A stretch of 64,000 nucleotides of DNA from an uncultured Candidatus Saccharibacteria bacterium (lineage in GTDB: Bacteria > Patescibacteriota > Dojkabacteria > SC72 > JAFGCJ01), in contig CAYZTC010000001.1 of NCBI GenBank assembly GCA_964481345.1, forward strand, positions 71,766 to 135,765, read 5' to 3'. Numbering within the stretch: position 1 is the stretch's first letter; each line of letters begins with the position of its first letter. The translations under genes and the position numbers were made by a program. The notes beneath the pieces are model-generated. The model worked only from the letters and a program-made list of their open reading frames with translations, was not told where the DNA came from and ran no database searches. Shown piece by piece: positions 1 through 9,440 of this stretch.

Positions 1-1460
1 TCTTCAAACTCCTCTTTAAAATCAAACGGTTCTTGATCTCTCCATTTTTCACCAAAATACTTTTCTAATTTTTCTTCACTACCTGACACAAGAGAATTCC
101 CTACTCTTATATTATTCTGAAGAATTGGGAGCTTAGCTTTTTGAGAGAGCACTTTGAGCAAGAGGTTAAGTTGAGCTATTTCTACTGCTTGAGCGTCGAG
201 ATCAACACCAAAAATATTCTCTTTCAGAATATCAAACTTTTCAAAAAGTGATGGCTGAGATTTTTTCTTTGCCAAAGCCTCCAAAATTTTATCGTACGCT
301 GCAATAAGAAAGGACCCAGATCCACAAGCAGGATCAAGTATTTTTATTTTAGAAATATCCTTTGGCTTTGCCTTTTTCAGTACCTCTCCTAAAGTCTCCT
401 TAACTATATAATCAACAATATATTTGGGAGTGTAATAAATACCCTGAGATTTTCTTTTTGATTTCTGTTTTTCCTTACTCTTACGGCCCTGAACATAACC
501 CAAATACTGCTCATACATTCCACCCAAAACATCAGCAGAAATAATAGAAAAGTCATAGCGATATCCATCCTTGGTCTCATACAAACCTTTTATCACCTCA
601 GCAATTACCTTATCGCTTGCTTTCCACCTCTCACAATAATGAATTTCAAAAAGCTTCGAGTTGAACCCATCATCAAAATAGCGAAAGGTCTTTACTAATT
701 GTTTATATAAGTTAGTTTTACCTCCCCTTAAAATTCCAAGTAAAATATTTTGCTCAATCTTTCTATCCTCAGAGGTACGAATGAAAATCAGCCTATCAAG
801 AATTCTTTGAACTCCTTCATCGACTTCTTCTTCTGTCAAAGTATTTTGCTTTTTAAAATCTCTTGTTAGTAAAACTCTCCAAGACATTAAGTCCTCAAAA
901 AGCTTTTTTCCAACTTGTTTCCTTTGGGTGAGCTTACCCCATTTTTCAGCTTCTTTTTCCAAAAACTTCAGTTCGAAACTTTCCTTAGACAAAAGCCAAA
1001 GCTGATCAAATCGACTTATAAAGTCCTCACACTTAATCTCAATAAAAAGACTTTGTGAAATATTCTTAAGAGGAATTTCAGCATTGAAGACTTTTATGCT
1101 TTCAAAATCAGTTAACACTGCCCAAGTAACACCTTTATTCCAGCTGTAATTAATTGCTTGTTCTGCCCATTTCAGCTCATCCAAATCAACCTTCATAGCT
1201 TTAGCCTCCAAAAACATTACGGAGATACTGTTCAGACTAAAAGCTAAATCGACCCTGCCTCCAGAAACATTTTCCTCAGTGGTAATCTCGTTATCAGTAG
1301 TGAGATTTCGCATATCCCACCCCAAAAACTCAAAAAGTGGCTCGATGAATTCATTACGCGTTTGCGCCTCATTATAGGATTTTATTTTTCCAGAATCTTT
1401 TACTCGCTGATATTTATCTACAAGTGCTTGGATTTGTTTCTTTGCCTCTTCTTTATTCAT
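1..1460 (-). CDS. Type IIG restriction-modification enzyme (fused PD-(D/E)xK nuclease and gamma-class N6-adenine DNA methyltransferase), partial; the 3' end runs past the window start
   Basis: Minus-strand ORF starts at an ATG at 1458-1460 with GGTGAAAAG upstream and stays open to position 1. The N-terminus reads KSYNEAQTRNEFIEPLFEFLGW, the HsdR_N/Mrr-type nuclease fold. A PD-(D/E)xK-like GGRVDLAF...FLEAKAMK follows. Downstream are SAM-binding motif I (ILDPACGSGSFL) and NIRVGNSL, which normally precedes NPPY/F. The NPPY itself would lie beyond the window edge. Confidence 0.7.
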   Translation of the reverse strand, partial: MNKEEAKKQIQALVDKYQRVKDSGKIKSYNEAQTRNEFIEPLFEFLGWDMRNLTTDNEITTEENVSGGRVDLAFSLNSISVMFLEAKAMKVDLDELKWAEQAINYSWNKGVTWAVLTDFESIKVFNAEIPLKNISQSLFIEIKCEDFISRFDQLWLLSKESFELKFLEKEAEKWGKLTQRKQVGKKLFEDLMSWRVLLTRDFKKQNTLTEEEVDEGVQRILDRLIFIRTSEDRKIEQNILLGILRGGKTNLYKQLVKTFRYFDDGFNSKLFEIHYCERWKASDKVIAEVIKGLYETKDGYRYDFSIISADVLGGMYEQYLGYVQGRKSKEKQKSKRKSQGIYYTPKYIVDYIVKETLGEVLKKAKPKDISKIKILDPACGSGSFLIAAYDKILEALAKKKSQPSLFEKFDILKENIFGVDLDAQAVEIAQLNLLLKVLSQKAKLPILQNNIRVGNSLVSGSEEKLEKYFGEKWRDQEPFDFKEEFE

Positions 1461-1600
1461 CTTTTCACCCCCGATTTTACAGTAGTTCTTATCTTATTAA
1501 CAATAATTACTTAACTACTCTATTCGGGGAAAGTCACGAGAGACCATATAAACTGGAAATACCAACCGAACGAATATTTATTACTCGTCTTATTTAAGAA

Positions 1601-1987
1601 TTAACCCTTTATCTCTGGAGAAAAATCCAACTGATGTTTAGGTATCCCTAAACTTAACCCATACTCTACAACTTTATCATACTCAGAATGATTAGATCGA
1701 TCTACTTTGAACACTTTATTCAAGAAAACAATGTAATGGTAATGTTCGTTTTTAAAATCCGCATACCAATCATCATGAACAGTATCCAAGGATTTACTAA
1801 CCTCATTGGTCACACTTTCAATTTCTATCTCTGGAATTTCTACAGTATGCATGGTCCATTGTTTTAAATAAGGAGTATCGTGAGACTCGGTGACTTTCTC
1901 AACAACTGTTTTAACTATTTTCAATTTTTTCAGAATATCCTTCCTTGCAAGGCTCTCTTCTATGATTATTCCTTGATAGTTGGACAT
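1601..1987 (-). CDS. hypothetical protein (128 aa)
   Basis: Intact ORF downstream of the RM gene. No recognisable motifs. Confidence 0.4.
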   Translation of the reverse strand: MSNYQGIIIEESLARKDILKKLKIVKTVVEKVTESHDTPYLKQWTMHTVEIPEIEIESVTNEVSKSLDTVHDDWYADFKNEHYHYIVFLNKVFKVDRSNHSEYDKVVEYGLSLGIPKHQLDFSPEIKG

Positions 1988-2005
1988 AGAAATTAATCTA
2001 TAAAT

Positions 2006-2455
2006 TCATTGTGAGTTTTTTTTACCTTCATTAACAGTCAAAGTTAAAAAAGATGAGAAGATTGTTGTCAAAAGCTGCAAAAACGGGGATACAAATATCA
2101 TAAGAACTAACCAGCCAATAAAACTTATCTTGGGATCATACAAAATAAACGGATGACCAAAGTTTTCAAAATCTGACGTGGGATCGAAAATCATCGCAAC
2201 TGTTCTTCCCCATACAATAACCATTTGGAGGAAAGTAAATACCGATGCCAAAATTGATAATTTTAATATTTTATAGCTTTTCAGAGAGTCACTGGACCTA
2301 CTTATTTTCCTGGTAATATACCAACCTAGAGGAAATCCAAGCAGTATACAAAAGATAGGAACACCCATACCTGCACCAACACAGATTATATCAACAAGAA
2401 TATACAAAAAGATGGCAGTTTTCATATTTAGCTTCATTAATTTTTCCATAATCAA
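2006..2455 (-). CDS. hypothetical integral membrane protein (149 aa)
   Basis: Four hydrophobic helices, for example FLYILVDIICVGAGMGVPIFCILLGF. No catalytic motif. Confidence 0.45.
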   Translation of the reverse strand: MIMEKLMKLNMKTAIFLYILVDIICVGAGMGVPIFCILLGFPLGWYITRKISRSSDSLKSYKILKLSILASVFTFLQMVIVWGRTVAMIFDPTSDFENFGHPFILYDPKISFIGWLVLMIFVSPFLQLLTTIFSSFLTLTVNEGKKNSQ

Positions 2456-2684
2456 AGTATTATCTCAATAAAAAATAATTCTATTCACCTGGCTCATCTT
2501 TCGATAATTCGGAGAGGGCGGGATGTACTCGCTTCGCTGCGTGCGGCGTGACATCAGATCACTTCGTTCTCTGTGTCACTTGAACGAACCTATTTCGTGC
2601 TTCGCACGAAAGGTTCTCATCCCAACCTCTCTCACTATTAATTTACAAACGAAGGTCTTCCGAACCCTGACAGGGGTAGGAGAC

Positions 2685-2773
2685 CGGAGAGGACAGGATT
2701 CGAACCTGCGGTTCACCATAAGGCGAACGAACGCTTTCCAGGCGTTTCCTTTAGACCACTCAGGCACCTCTCC
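2685..2773 (-). tRNA. tRNA-Ser (anticodon GGA), class II with long variable arm; CCA not encoded
   Basis: Minus-strand sequence folds by hand as a tRNA. Acceptor GGAGAGG pairs with CCTCTCC; D-stem is CCT/AGG; anticodon stem AACGC/GCGTT closes the loop CTGGAAA. The variable arm is a stem GTTCGCC/GGTGAAC of about 20 nt. T-arm is GCAGG-TTCGAAT-CCTGT. Confidence 0.85.
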
Positions 2774-2841
2774 AAACAATTAACTATGCAATTATAAACA
2801 GCAAATAGGTGATGAGCTGAATATATTAGTAATTAGCTCGT

Positions 2842-2863
2842 CCCGCACCCTACGCGGTGCGGG
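2842..2863. terminator. GC-rich hairpin (CCCGCACC-ctacgc-GGTGCGGG) between tRNA-Ser and a convergent membrane-protein gene; candidate bidirectional terminator
   Basis: Perfect 8-bp GC stem in an AT-rich intergenic region. A copy of the tRNA 5' end (GGCACCTCTCCAA) follows at 2863-2876. Confidence 0.35.
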
Positions 2864-2913
2864 GCACCTCTCCAATAAACGGCCCAATTATATCATGGAG
2901 GTAACAATATTCT

Positions 2914-3345
2914 CTAAGGATGGGATAAAATATTCAACACCGTTTGTACTATCCATAAAACAAGCATTCCAATCCCTAACCTCAAATCAATATATTTCCA
3001 AGTCATTACCACAAACCCATAATTCATCGCATAATATAGAAGTATATATGGAACAAATGTTCTCCAATCATTGAAACTGCGAAAATCGACTTTTAGCACA
3101 TAGTCGAAAAGCCACTCCAAAAGCATAAACGCTAGAAAAATTGAAAGAAAGATGATGTACCTTGTCGAAGCTTTCTCTTTAACAGCAAGAAAAATGCAAT
3201 ACAAAGTAGGAACAATGAACAGAAAGTAGTATCTACCTATCTTTCCAAGAAGATCCAAGTCTATCTTATCTCTGATAAAGAACAACACAATTAGGTAAAG
3301 ATTGTTCGCAACCCCTATTGAGAAAAATACCCACTTGAGCATCAT
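2914..3345 (-). CDS. hypothetical integral membrane protein (143 aa)
   Basis: Multiple predicted transmembrane helices. No motifs. Confidence 0.45.
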   Translation of the reverse strand: MMLKWVFFSIGVANNLYLIVLFFIRDKIDLDLLGKIGRYYFLFIVPTLYCIFLAVKEKASTRYIIFLSIFLAFMLLEWLFDYVLKVDFRSFNDWRTFVPYILLYYAMNYGFVVMTWKYIDLRLGIGMLVLWIVQTVLNILSHP

Positions 3346-3558
3346 TTTTTATATGACAATTCAATCCTTAACAGGCACAAAATATATAAACCATACAAAC
3401 CACACAAGGCTTATCGCTTTAACCCAACTACCCTCAGTCAACCCAATAATTCCTTGAATCCCAAGGAACCCTAAAAACCCAAGCATCCAGTTATCTCTAA
3501 GAAAACGATTAGCCATTGAAAAGCAAATGACAATTTATTTACTATGAACAGTATTACG

Positions 3559-4164
3559 CTATTTTATCACTTTTATTTTTTTACTGACCCCTAATTCTTC
3601 TATTCCAAAGTCTGTTCCATCCTCTGGAACTGTAACTGTCATTCTGATGTCAGCGGTATCATAATCATAAGTATAAGCAGTTTTAACAACAGATCCTACA
3701 ATATGAGCAACATCCTGAAACTCAGAGATTACTATCCGGAGGTCATCTTTTGAATAATCTCTCTCATTACAGGAAGTTATCAATTCGATCCTCTTGTCGG
3801 GATGCTTTTTATTAAATTCGTTTACACTAGTAACAACCTCATTTCCATTACGAAATTTCCACTTCCCATCGGGATACCACCCGTGACAAATGAGAACATT
3901 CACATCTTCTATATCAATATCCTCTTTACCAGCTCTAATGATTTTGAGATTTTTAACCTTGAAAGTATATGGATCATTAGGAAGTGTATCCCAACCTTCA
4001 GCGTTCTCCTTCTCTCTAGGAGGAACACCCATATTAATTCCACTCATGAGGTCTAATACAGTATCTTCCCTCTTCTTTCTCTTTGCTTGAACCTTGTCAC
4101 TTACAACATTGGGTATCCACTCTCCTAATTCCTTTACTTCAATAGGTTGTTTTGGTTCATTCAT
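3559..4164 (-). CDS. hypothetical protein (201 aa), last gene of the FtsA-like operon
   Basis: Intact ORF 25 nt downstream of the 728-aa gene on the same strand. Contains LICHGWYPDGKW. No confident family assignment. Confidence 0.5.
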   Translation of the reverse strand: MNEPKQPIEVKELGEWIPNVVSDKVQAKRKKREDTVLDLMSGINMGVPPREKENAEGWDTLPNDPYTFKVKNLKIIRAGKEDIDIEDVNVLICHGWYPDGKWKFRNGNEVVTSVNEFNKKHPDKRIELITSCNERDYSKDDLRIVISEFQDVAHIVGSVVKTAYTYDYDTADIRMTVTVPEDGTDFGIEELGVSKKIKVIK

Positions 4165-4188
4165 TTAGAGTAGCTATCAACTTATTTA

Positions 4189-6375
4189 TTACTCAGAACT
4201 TTCTGAACTATCTTCCCCCTCCTCTGACTCTTCCTCATCCTCAGGGGTAATATTACTGACTTTCACTGTAATCCTGTCCTCACTGTTTGGCATTCTCCAT
4301 AATATCTCTGGCACCCATTCTGGGCTGAAGTCTAAATCATAGTCCTCAGATACATAGTCCATATCCTCAAGATACCTTATTCCATCAGACCAAGACTTGC
4401 CTGCTAATGAAGATTTAATCTGGTCATCATTCAGCTGTGGCATCACAAAGCCATCTACACTCACTTCTAGTGTTACAGTACCTTCTATAAGATCATATGA
4501 CTTTATTGAAATATTTTTCTCTACATTCTCAGAAAGCTCAATATCTTCAACCTGCCCTTCAAAATCCTCCAGAAGTAACGCCTCAACTAATTCATCCAGC
4601 TTATTAATATCATAGTAAATTGCCTTACTTATCGTCTCTATACTTACATCTATTGTGTTTGCCTCTGCACCAGCTGGAGCACTAGCCTTTGCATCACCTA
4701 CAAGATCATGCTCTATAGACTCAGTCACCAGCACCCACCTTGAATTATCTGTTTTACCCTCCAACTCAGCCTCAGCTTCTGTATTTAGAGTTTCATGAAT
4801 ATTCTCAACTAGACCATCAATATCAGACTGATTAACTATTTTGTACTCTTCAGCAGAGCCTCCAACAAATGCCTCAGTATTTGTAGCATACACATCAGCA
4901 AGATTATAGTCCCCAACTGAAAACTGAGTACCAGAAACAGCGTTATACCCATCACCTATCTTTTGAGCCACAATATCTGCCTCACCCATTGTTGCAGGAT
5001 TTGTAAGTGAAACCGGATCAAGCACCACTGATTTCTGCATTACAAAATTCAGTCCTCCATTTGTAATAACAGTACCTGCATTTAACACGATCTCCTCCTC
5101 ACTAGTCTTATTAAATACAAGCACTGCACCTGTAGCTTTCTCTCCTCTTTCTTCAGTACCGGTAGTATTTGCAGTATCAGACCCATTTTTCTCTACCTCT
5201 TCGACCTTGGCTGGAATAATAAGATCATCCTCATCGATTCCATCCTCCCCAATATCTCCGATTATCTCACCTTCGTACTCTACTGATATGCTATCAACCT
5301 CAAGCGTCACAGTTACCTCAGGTAAATACCTGGATGCCCCCATTACCCCACCAGTAAGTAGTAAGAACAAGACAATCCCTAATATTATGAACAACTTTTT
5401 CTTTTTGGGGCCAGTAAACAAAGCCTTTATAGCCGAAAAATCTATCCTTTTTTTCCTTCTTGGAACTAACGGTGATACTATTGGCTTATTGGCTTTAGGA
5501 GTTTCCTTTTTAGGTAACTTAACATCACTCTTCATCTTTTCTTTTTCCTGTTTATCAAGACCCAGCAGCTCAAAGTTTGAAAAATCCTTTCCAATATATC
5601 CTCCCTTATCTCCTTTCTTAATTTTGGACTTTTTTATCTCTGGTCTAATTTGATCACTCATCTCCTCAGGCGATTGCTCCTTATCCATCGGACTACTGTC
5701 AACAGTCATCTCCAAACCTCCAACCTTAACCTTTTTTACACCTGAAATCTGACTTGCCATAGCCCCATCTTCTACACCCCCACTCACCGGACTTCCCATC
5801 GTAGGAGCCGTCTTTATGTCGGCTGTCTCAACTGGAACATCACTGATATCACCCATATCAGAATACACTGGTACAAGCTCGTTCTCATCATGTTCCTTAG
5901 CTTCATTCCTTCTTTTTTCAATCTCATCTTTTCTCACATCTCCTGCCTTTTCTGCTTCTTTCCAGACATCGTCATCTACACTACTGACAGTCGACCCCAC
6001 AGTTATTCCCGCCCTTCTCACAACGCTTCTTCCCACTTCATCATCTGTTACCACTACAATATTCTTACCTTTTCTATCGGCCGCCTCAGCTAGCAATTCC
6101 AATGAGACAGTACTTACAAGTAGATCACTTCCTGAAGGAATTGTAATCAATACATTATCCAACTTGCTTTCATCAATCTTGTCCAGTACAAATATAACCT
6201 CATCCTCAAAATTGACGTTTATACGACCTACCTTTTTACCCCCATTCTCCGTAGCTTTCGAAGGAGACGCAGGAGAATCCATCCGTTTGGACTTTGATTT
6301 TGTTAACCTCGGCATAGCTCCCGCAGAGCGGGACGAAGCCGGGGTTTTTTCCTTTGTTTTTTCCTTTTTACCCAT
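4189..6375 (-). CDS. large bitopic protein (728 aa): N-terminal cytoplasmic globular domain, K/E-rich disordered linker, one TM helix, ~370-aa extracytoplasmic domain with poly-acidic C-terminal tail
   Basis: TM segment LFIILGIVLFLLLTGGVMG at about residues 330-350. C-terminus is EDEEESEEGEDSSESSE. Its start lies 45 nt downstream of the FtsA-like gene on the same strand. Antisense ORFs inside it are low-complexity artefacts. Confidence 0.6.
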   Translation of the reverse strand: MGKKEKTKEKTPASSRSAGAMPRLTKSKSKRMDSPASPSKATENGGKKVGRINVNFEDEVIFVLDKIDESKLDNVLITIPSGSDLLVSTVSLELLAEAADRKGKNIVVVTDDEVGRSVVRRAGITVGSTVSSVDDDVWKEAEKAGDVRKDEIEKRRNEAKEHDENELVPVYSDMGDISDVPVETADIKTAPTMGSPVSGGVEDGAMASQISGVKKVKVGGLEMTVDSSPMDKEQSPEEMSDQIRPEIKKSKIKKGDKGGYIGKDFSNFELLGLDKQEKEKMKSDVKLPKKETPKANKPIVSPLVPRRKKRIDFSAIKALFTGPKKKKLFIILGIVLFLLLTGGVMGASRYLPEVTVTLEVDSISVEYEGEIIGDIGEDGIDEDDLIIPAKVEEVEKNGSDTANTTGTEERGEKATGAVLVFNKTSEEEIVLNAGTVITNGGLNFVMQKSVVLDPVSLTNPATMGEADIVAQKIGDGYNAVSGTQFSVGDYNLADVYATNTEAFVGGSAEEYKIVNQSDIDGLVENIHETLNTEAEAELEGKTDNSRWVLVTESIEHDLVGDAKASAPAGAEANTIDVSIETISKAIYYDINKLDELVEALLLEDFEGQVEDIELSENVEKNISIKSYDLIEGTVTLEVSVDGFVMPQLNDDQIKSSLAGKSWSDGIRYLEDMDYVSEDYDLDFSPEWVPEILWRMPNSEDRITVKVSNITPEDEEESEEGEDSSESSE

Positions 6376-6419
6376 TATTAAACAATCTTAACCCAGGCAG
6401 ACTTCACCTCGTCTTAGCT

Positions 6420-7670
6420 TTAGCGAAGACGGGAAAAGTGTCTATCTGGGTATTTTAATTTATCCCACGCAAACCTTGCCAGACCAGCAGGTGTAATGTC
6501 AATCGAATCCTTAAGGCAAAACCTCTTATCTATAACCATATCCAGCTTTTCAGGAGTCATTACATACACCTTTGGAAATCTCATAAATTTTAACTCCTTT
6601 GTCCATGGATATTCAATAATCGCTCTTTTTAGGTCAGGAAGAAGTGCACCACCTCCACAAAGATATATAAAAGGTGGATACTGTTCAATATCTTCCATAT
6701 TCGAAAGTGCCACCCTAAGCCCTCTTGTCCATACCTCCAAGTCCTTACCTATAAGGCTCCTTATCTTTGTTGCAACATCTGTAGCAAGTTCACCATTTGA
6801 GTACTTTATTTTTCTTTCCTCTGCATGCCTATAGTCGATATTCATTTCCTGTGCAATCCTCTTGGAAAAAATCCTTCCTCCAAAGGCATAAATCTGAGTA
6901 TCTGAAACACTACCTCTTTCCACCAATACAACATCAGTGGTACCTCCTCCAATATCTACAAATATTCCACTAAAATTCTTTTGAGATGAACCCTCCATAA
7001 CCCTTGCCATTACAAAAGGTAAAGATACTACTCCCAACTCCTCCAAACTCAGATTCGACGTTATCTTTTTTAACGAATCTATATAAGTCCTTGGAGCAAA
7101 AGATGCATAAAAATGGAGCCTTACTTTATCCCCAGTAAATCCCACTAGACTATCCACCGGCATTCCCCCAATTTCCAGTCCGGTAATCGTGACATGAAGA
7201 ATCTCAATATCATCCGCACTGATTCCATATTTCTGTGACATCTGCTGTCGACCTTCCTGTAATACCTTTTCTTTCACTTTCGAATAGATACTATCTTGCT
7301 CACTTAATGTCACCTCATTTCCTGCTCTATCTTTTCTAGAATAATTTACAACTATCGAAACCCCATGCACCAACTCACCCGCAATCCCCATCACAACCTT
7401 TTTAGGCATCTCCTTTTCATCAAGGTTTTTCACAACCTCCTGTATTCCTGATTTGCAGTTTAACAATACCCGGTCCAAAGACTGAATAACACCCGCCTTC
7501 ATAGCAAGTCTTGGCTGAGGAACTCTTACTGAATCCAATATATGAACCCCCAGTTCACTACATCGAAACAGAATAACCTTCAATATCTCAGTACCAATAT
7601 CCAATGCCAGATATCTTGTATCATCAAACCGGGGTTTTGATTTTTTCTTTTGAAAAAAAGGCAGTCGCAT
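6420..7670 (-). CDS. actin-like ATPase of the FtsA/PilM family (FtsA-like cell-division protein)
   Basis: Phosphate-1 LALDIGTEILKV, phosphate-2 VDIGGGTTDVVLV, adenosine motif LCGGGALLPDL. Its 416 aa fit FtsA better than PilM. Confidence 0.7.
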   Translation of the reverse strand: MRLPFFQKKKSKPRFDDTRYLALDIGTEILKVILFRCSELGVHILDSVRVPQPRLAMKAGVIQSLDRVLLNCKSGIQEVVKNLDEKEMPKKVVMGIAGELVHGVSIVVNYSRKDRAGNEVTLSEQDSIYSKVKEKVLQEGRQQMSQKYGISADDIEILHVTITGLEIGGMPVDSLVGFTGDKVRLHFYASFAPRTYIDSLKKITSNLSLEELGVVSLPFVMARVMEGSSQKNFSGIFVDIGGGTTDVVLVERGSVSDTQIYAFGGRIFSKRIAQEMNIDYRHAEERKIKYSNGELATDVATKIRSLIGKDLEVWTRGLRVALSNMEDIEQYPPFIYLCGGGALLPDLKRAIIEYPWTKELKFMRFPKVYVMTPEKLDMVIDKRFCLKDSIDITPAGLARFAWDKLKYPDRHFSRLR

Positions 7671-7833
7671 AAGTAAAAGTATATCACAATGTTAGGTGAC
7701 AGACCCAGCATGGGTCTATCCCCACCTCAGAGTCCAGATTTCGGCAAGATTACAACGAGATTTACTCAGTTAAACAACAAGAAAGAGGTGTAGGTCACGA
7801 GAGACATACTTAAACTGAGGAACCGTCGAACGA

Positions 7834-9402
7834 TTACTTGCTTGTTTTCCCCTCTACTGATGCAAAAAACTTCTTCCTCTCCTTTCCTACAGTAAGCTCA
7901 TATTGTGCTTGAACTTTTGGAATCAAGTAGTAAGTCCAAACGTTCACTATAGTTACTAGACTTTCCAGCATCCACCACCAAGCCTTAAATATGGAGGTAC
8001 TTCTTTTAGGGGGAGCTCCATAGTACTTGTAAATGTAAAGCTTTTGAGGAGCTTGCAATAATGTACTTGCAAGTATCATGAAGCTTACAGTCTTTGGGAG
8101 AAGATATGCAGTACTAGAATACTCAAACTCCCTATTTAAAAGTACCAAAAGAGGCATAGAGAACGATAGGAGAACACTCATTGTCAACATAAAGTTATAC
8201 ACCCGAAACAACACCATAAATCTATCTAGTTTCCTTATAATGCTAATCTTTTTATTCTCATTCATACCTTGCACTGCAATACACATAATCAGTACACCCC
8301 ATCCCCATCTAAGCTGCTGTTTATAAAGTGCCTTAATAGAGCCAATCCTATCTTTGCCTTCTACTGCATCCATTGTAATCGGAAGGTAAAATTCCTCTCC
8401 TTCAAAATCGCCATCCAGATGAAGCAGTGAGTTCCAGTAAAAGTAAGTATCTTCTGCACCAGTACTTGCATCCCAGAAGTTAATATCCTCAAGTAGTTTA
8501 AAATTTGCACAGTAACATGAAAAGGACTGCTTTGTTTTTTTCATCGAAACCCATTCTGCAACAATTCCAAGAGTCAACCCTGCGCTAAACATCCTCGTAA
8601 CTGCAGGGACTTTCCAATAATTATTTGAATATATCAATATGGCTGGAGAAAAGAATCTATTCATCCTTTTGGGGGTCGTTAGGTACTTGTAAGTAAGTGC
8701 AGACAAAAACTTCTTGTGAATTCTTGTGTCAGCATCAAATTTTGAAAATATTACATTTTGGGAATTGATCTTTTCCTTTTTTAAACGCTTAGAGACCTTA
8801 ACGCCCGCCCACCTGAGATTTGCACAGGCATCTCCCACAATTTCACCACTTATTCCTTCAGGATGATAATTATCCCAAATACCTAGAAACTTTCCTCCAA
8901 ACTCCTTTTTCAAACGTTGAATGATCTTCTTTTGCTCAATTCCTGCTCTTTCCTCCACTGCTAGTGCCAAAATTACCTTTTTCATATATGGATAATCTTG
9001 GCTTTCTATAGATCTAAACGTCTTTTTTAGATCTTCATAGGACTCTGTATATATGGGTACAAAAACTACATGATAGATGCCCGTAAGTCTTGTGGGAATA
9101 AGTTTTTTCTGCGGCAACTTCTTAAAGTTCAGCTTCTTCAAATCACCGTTCCAATCTCTTTCAATATCCCTCTGCATCCTCTTATATCCAATAACATTTG
9201 ATCCTACAACCAAAACAGACTGATAAGTGATATATGTAGCAACAAATGCAAGATATACAATAAGCCAATTATAGATCCCGAGAAGTGACATCCAAATAGG
9301 AGAAGTTGCTATTATCAAGGTAATAAGCCCCGGCATAATCCGGTACCAGAAAAATGACCTCTTCTCCGTATTGTAGTAGGACTTAATATCTGAATTCTTC
9401 AT
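7834..9402 (-). CDS. family-2 glycosyltransferase, membrane-embedded processive type (cellulose/chitin-synthase-like)
   Basis: DxD (FDADT) and the QxxRW motif (QQLRWGWG). N- and C-terminal TM helices. Confidence 0.7.
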   Translation of the reverse strand: MKNSDIKSYYNTEKRSFFWYRIMPGLITLIIATSPIWMSLLGIYNWLIVYLAFVATYITYQSVLVVGSNVIGYKRMQRDIERDWNGDLKKLNFKKLPQKKLIPTRLTGIYHVVFVPIYTESYEDLKKTFRSIESQDYPYMKKVILALAVEERAGIEQKKIIQRLKKEFGGKFLGIWDNYHPEGISGEIVGDACANLRWAGVKVSKRLKKEKINSQNVIFSKFDADTRIHKKFLSALTYKYLTTPKRMNRFFSPAILIYSNNYWKVPAVTRMFSAGLTLGIVAEWVSMKKTKQSFSCYCANFKLLEDINFWDASTGAEDTYFYWNSLLHLDGDFEGEEFYLPITMDAVEGKDRIGSIKALYKQQLRWGWGVLIMCIAVQGMNENKKISIIRKLDRFMVLFRVYNFMLTMSVLLSFSMPLLVLLNREFEYSSTAYLLPKTVSFMILASTLLQAPQKLYIYKYYGAPPKRSTSIFKAWWWMLESLVTIVNVWTYYLIPKVQAQYELTVGKERKKFFASVEGKTSK

Positions 9403-9440
9403 AATTACTTACAATGATATCTTTTAACAGAATTACCAAA

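Noticed and set aside
2505-2650. Possible second tRNA or tRNA pseudogene, from GGAGAGGG...CCTCTCTC terminal complementarity
   Set aside because: No T-loop (GTTCRANYC) or D-arm could be folded. Retained only as an acceptor-stem echo in the island finding.
2651-2684. SRP-RNA-like string GTCAGGGTTCGGAAGACC on the minus strand just past the tRNA 3' end
   Set aside because: Resembles the 4.5S helix-8 apex (GUCAGGUCCGGAAGG) but the obligatory AGCAGCC/GGCAG partner strand is absent. More likely a simple hairpin.
2523-2783. 86-aa (+) and 67-aa (-) ORFs overlapping the tRNA-Ser locus
   Set aside because: They span a well-folded tRNA and a GC-rich non-coding spacer. Composition-driven artefacts.
3362-3516. 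51-aa hydrophobic ORF upstream of the 143-aa membrane protein
   Set aside because: No RBS and below the size cutoff of the supplied track. Possibly a remnant or mis-split N-terminus of the adjacent membrane gene, but not supportable.
4397-6391. Four antisense ORFs (72-191 aa) inside the 728-aa gene
   Set aside because: Ser/Thr/Leu-rich low-complexity translations of the reverse strand of an acidic low-complexity gene. The sense ORF is continuous for 2.2 kb.
6420-7670. Calling the actin-like ATPase ftsA outright and inferring an ftsA-ftsZ division cluster
   Set aside because: No FtsZ signature in any frame of the window and the downstream partner is non-canonical. FtsA versus PilM cannot be settled without phylogeny, so the gene symbol was left blank.
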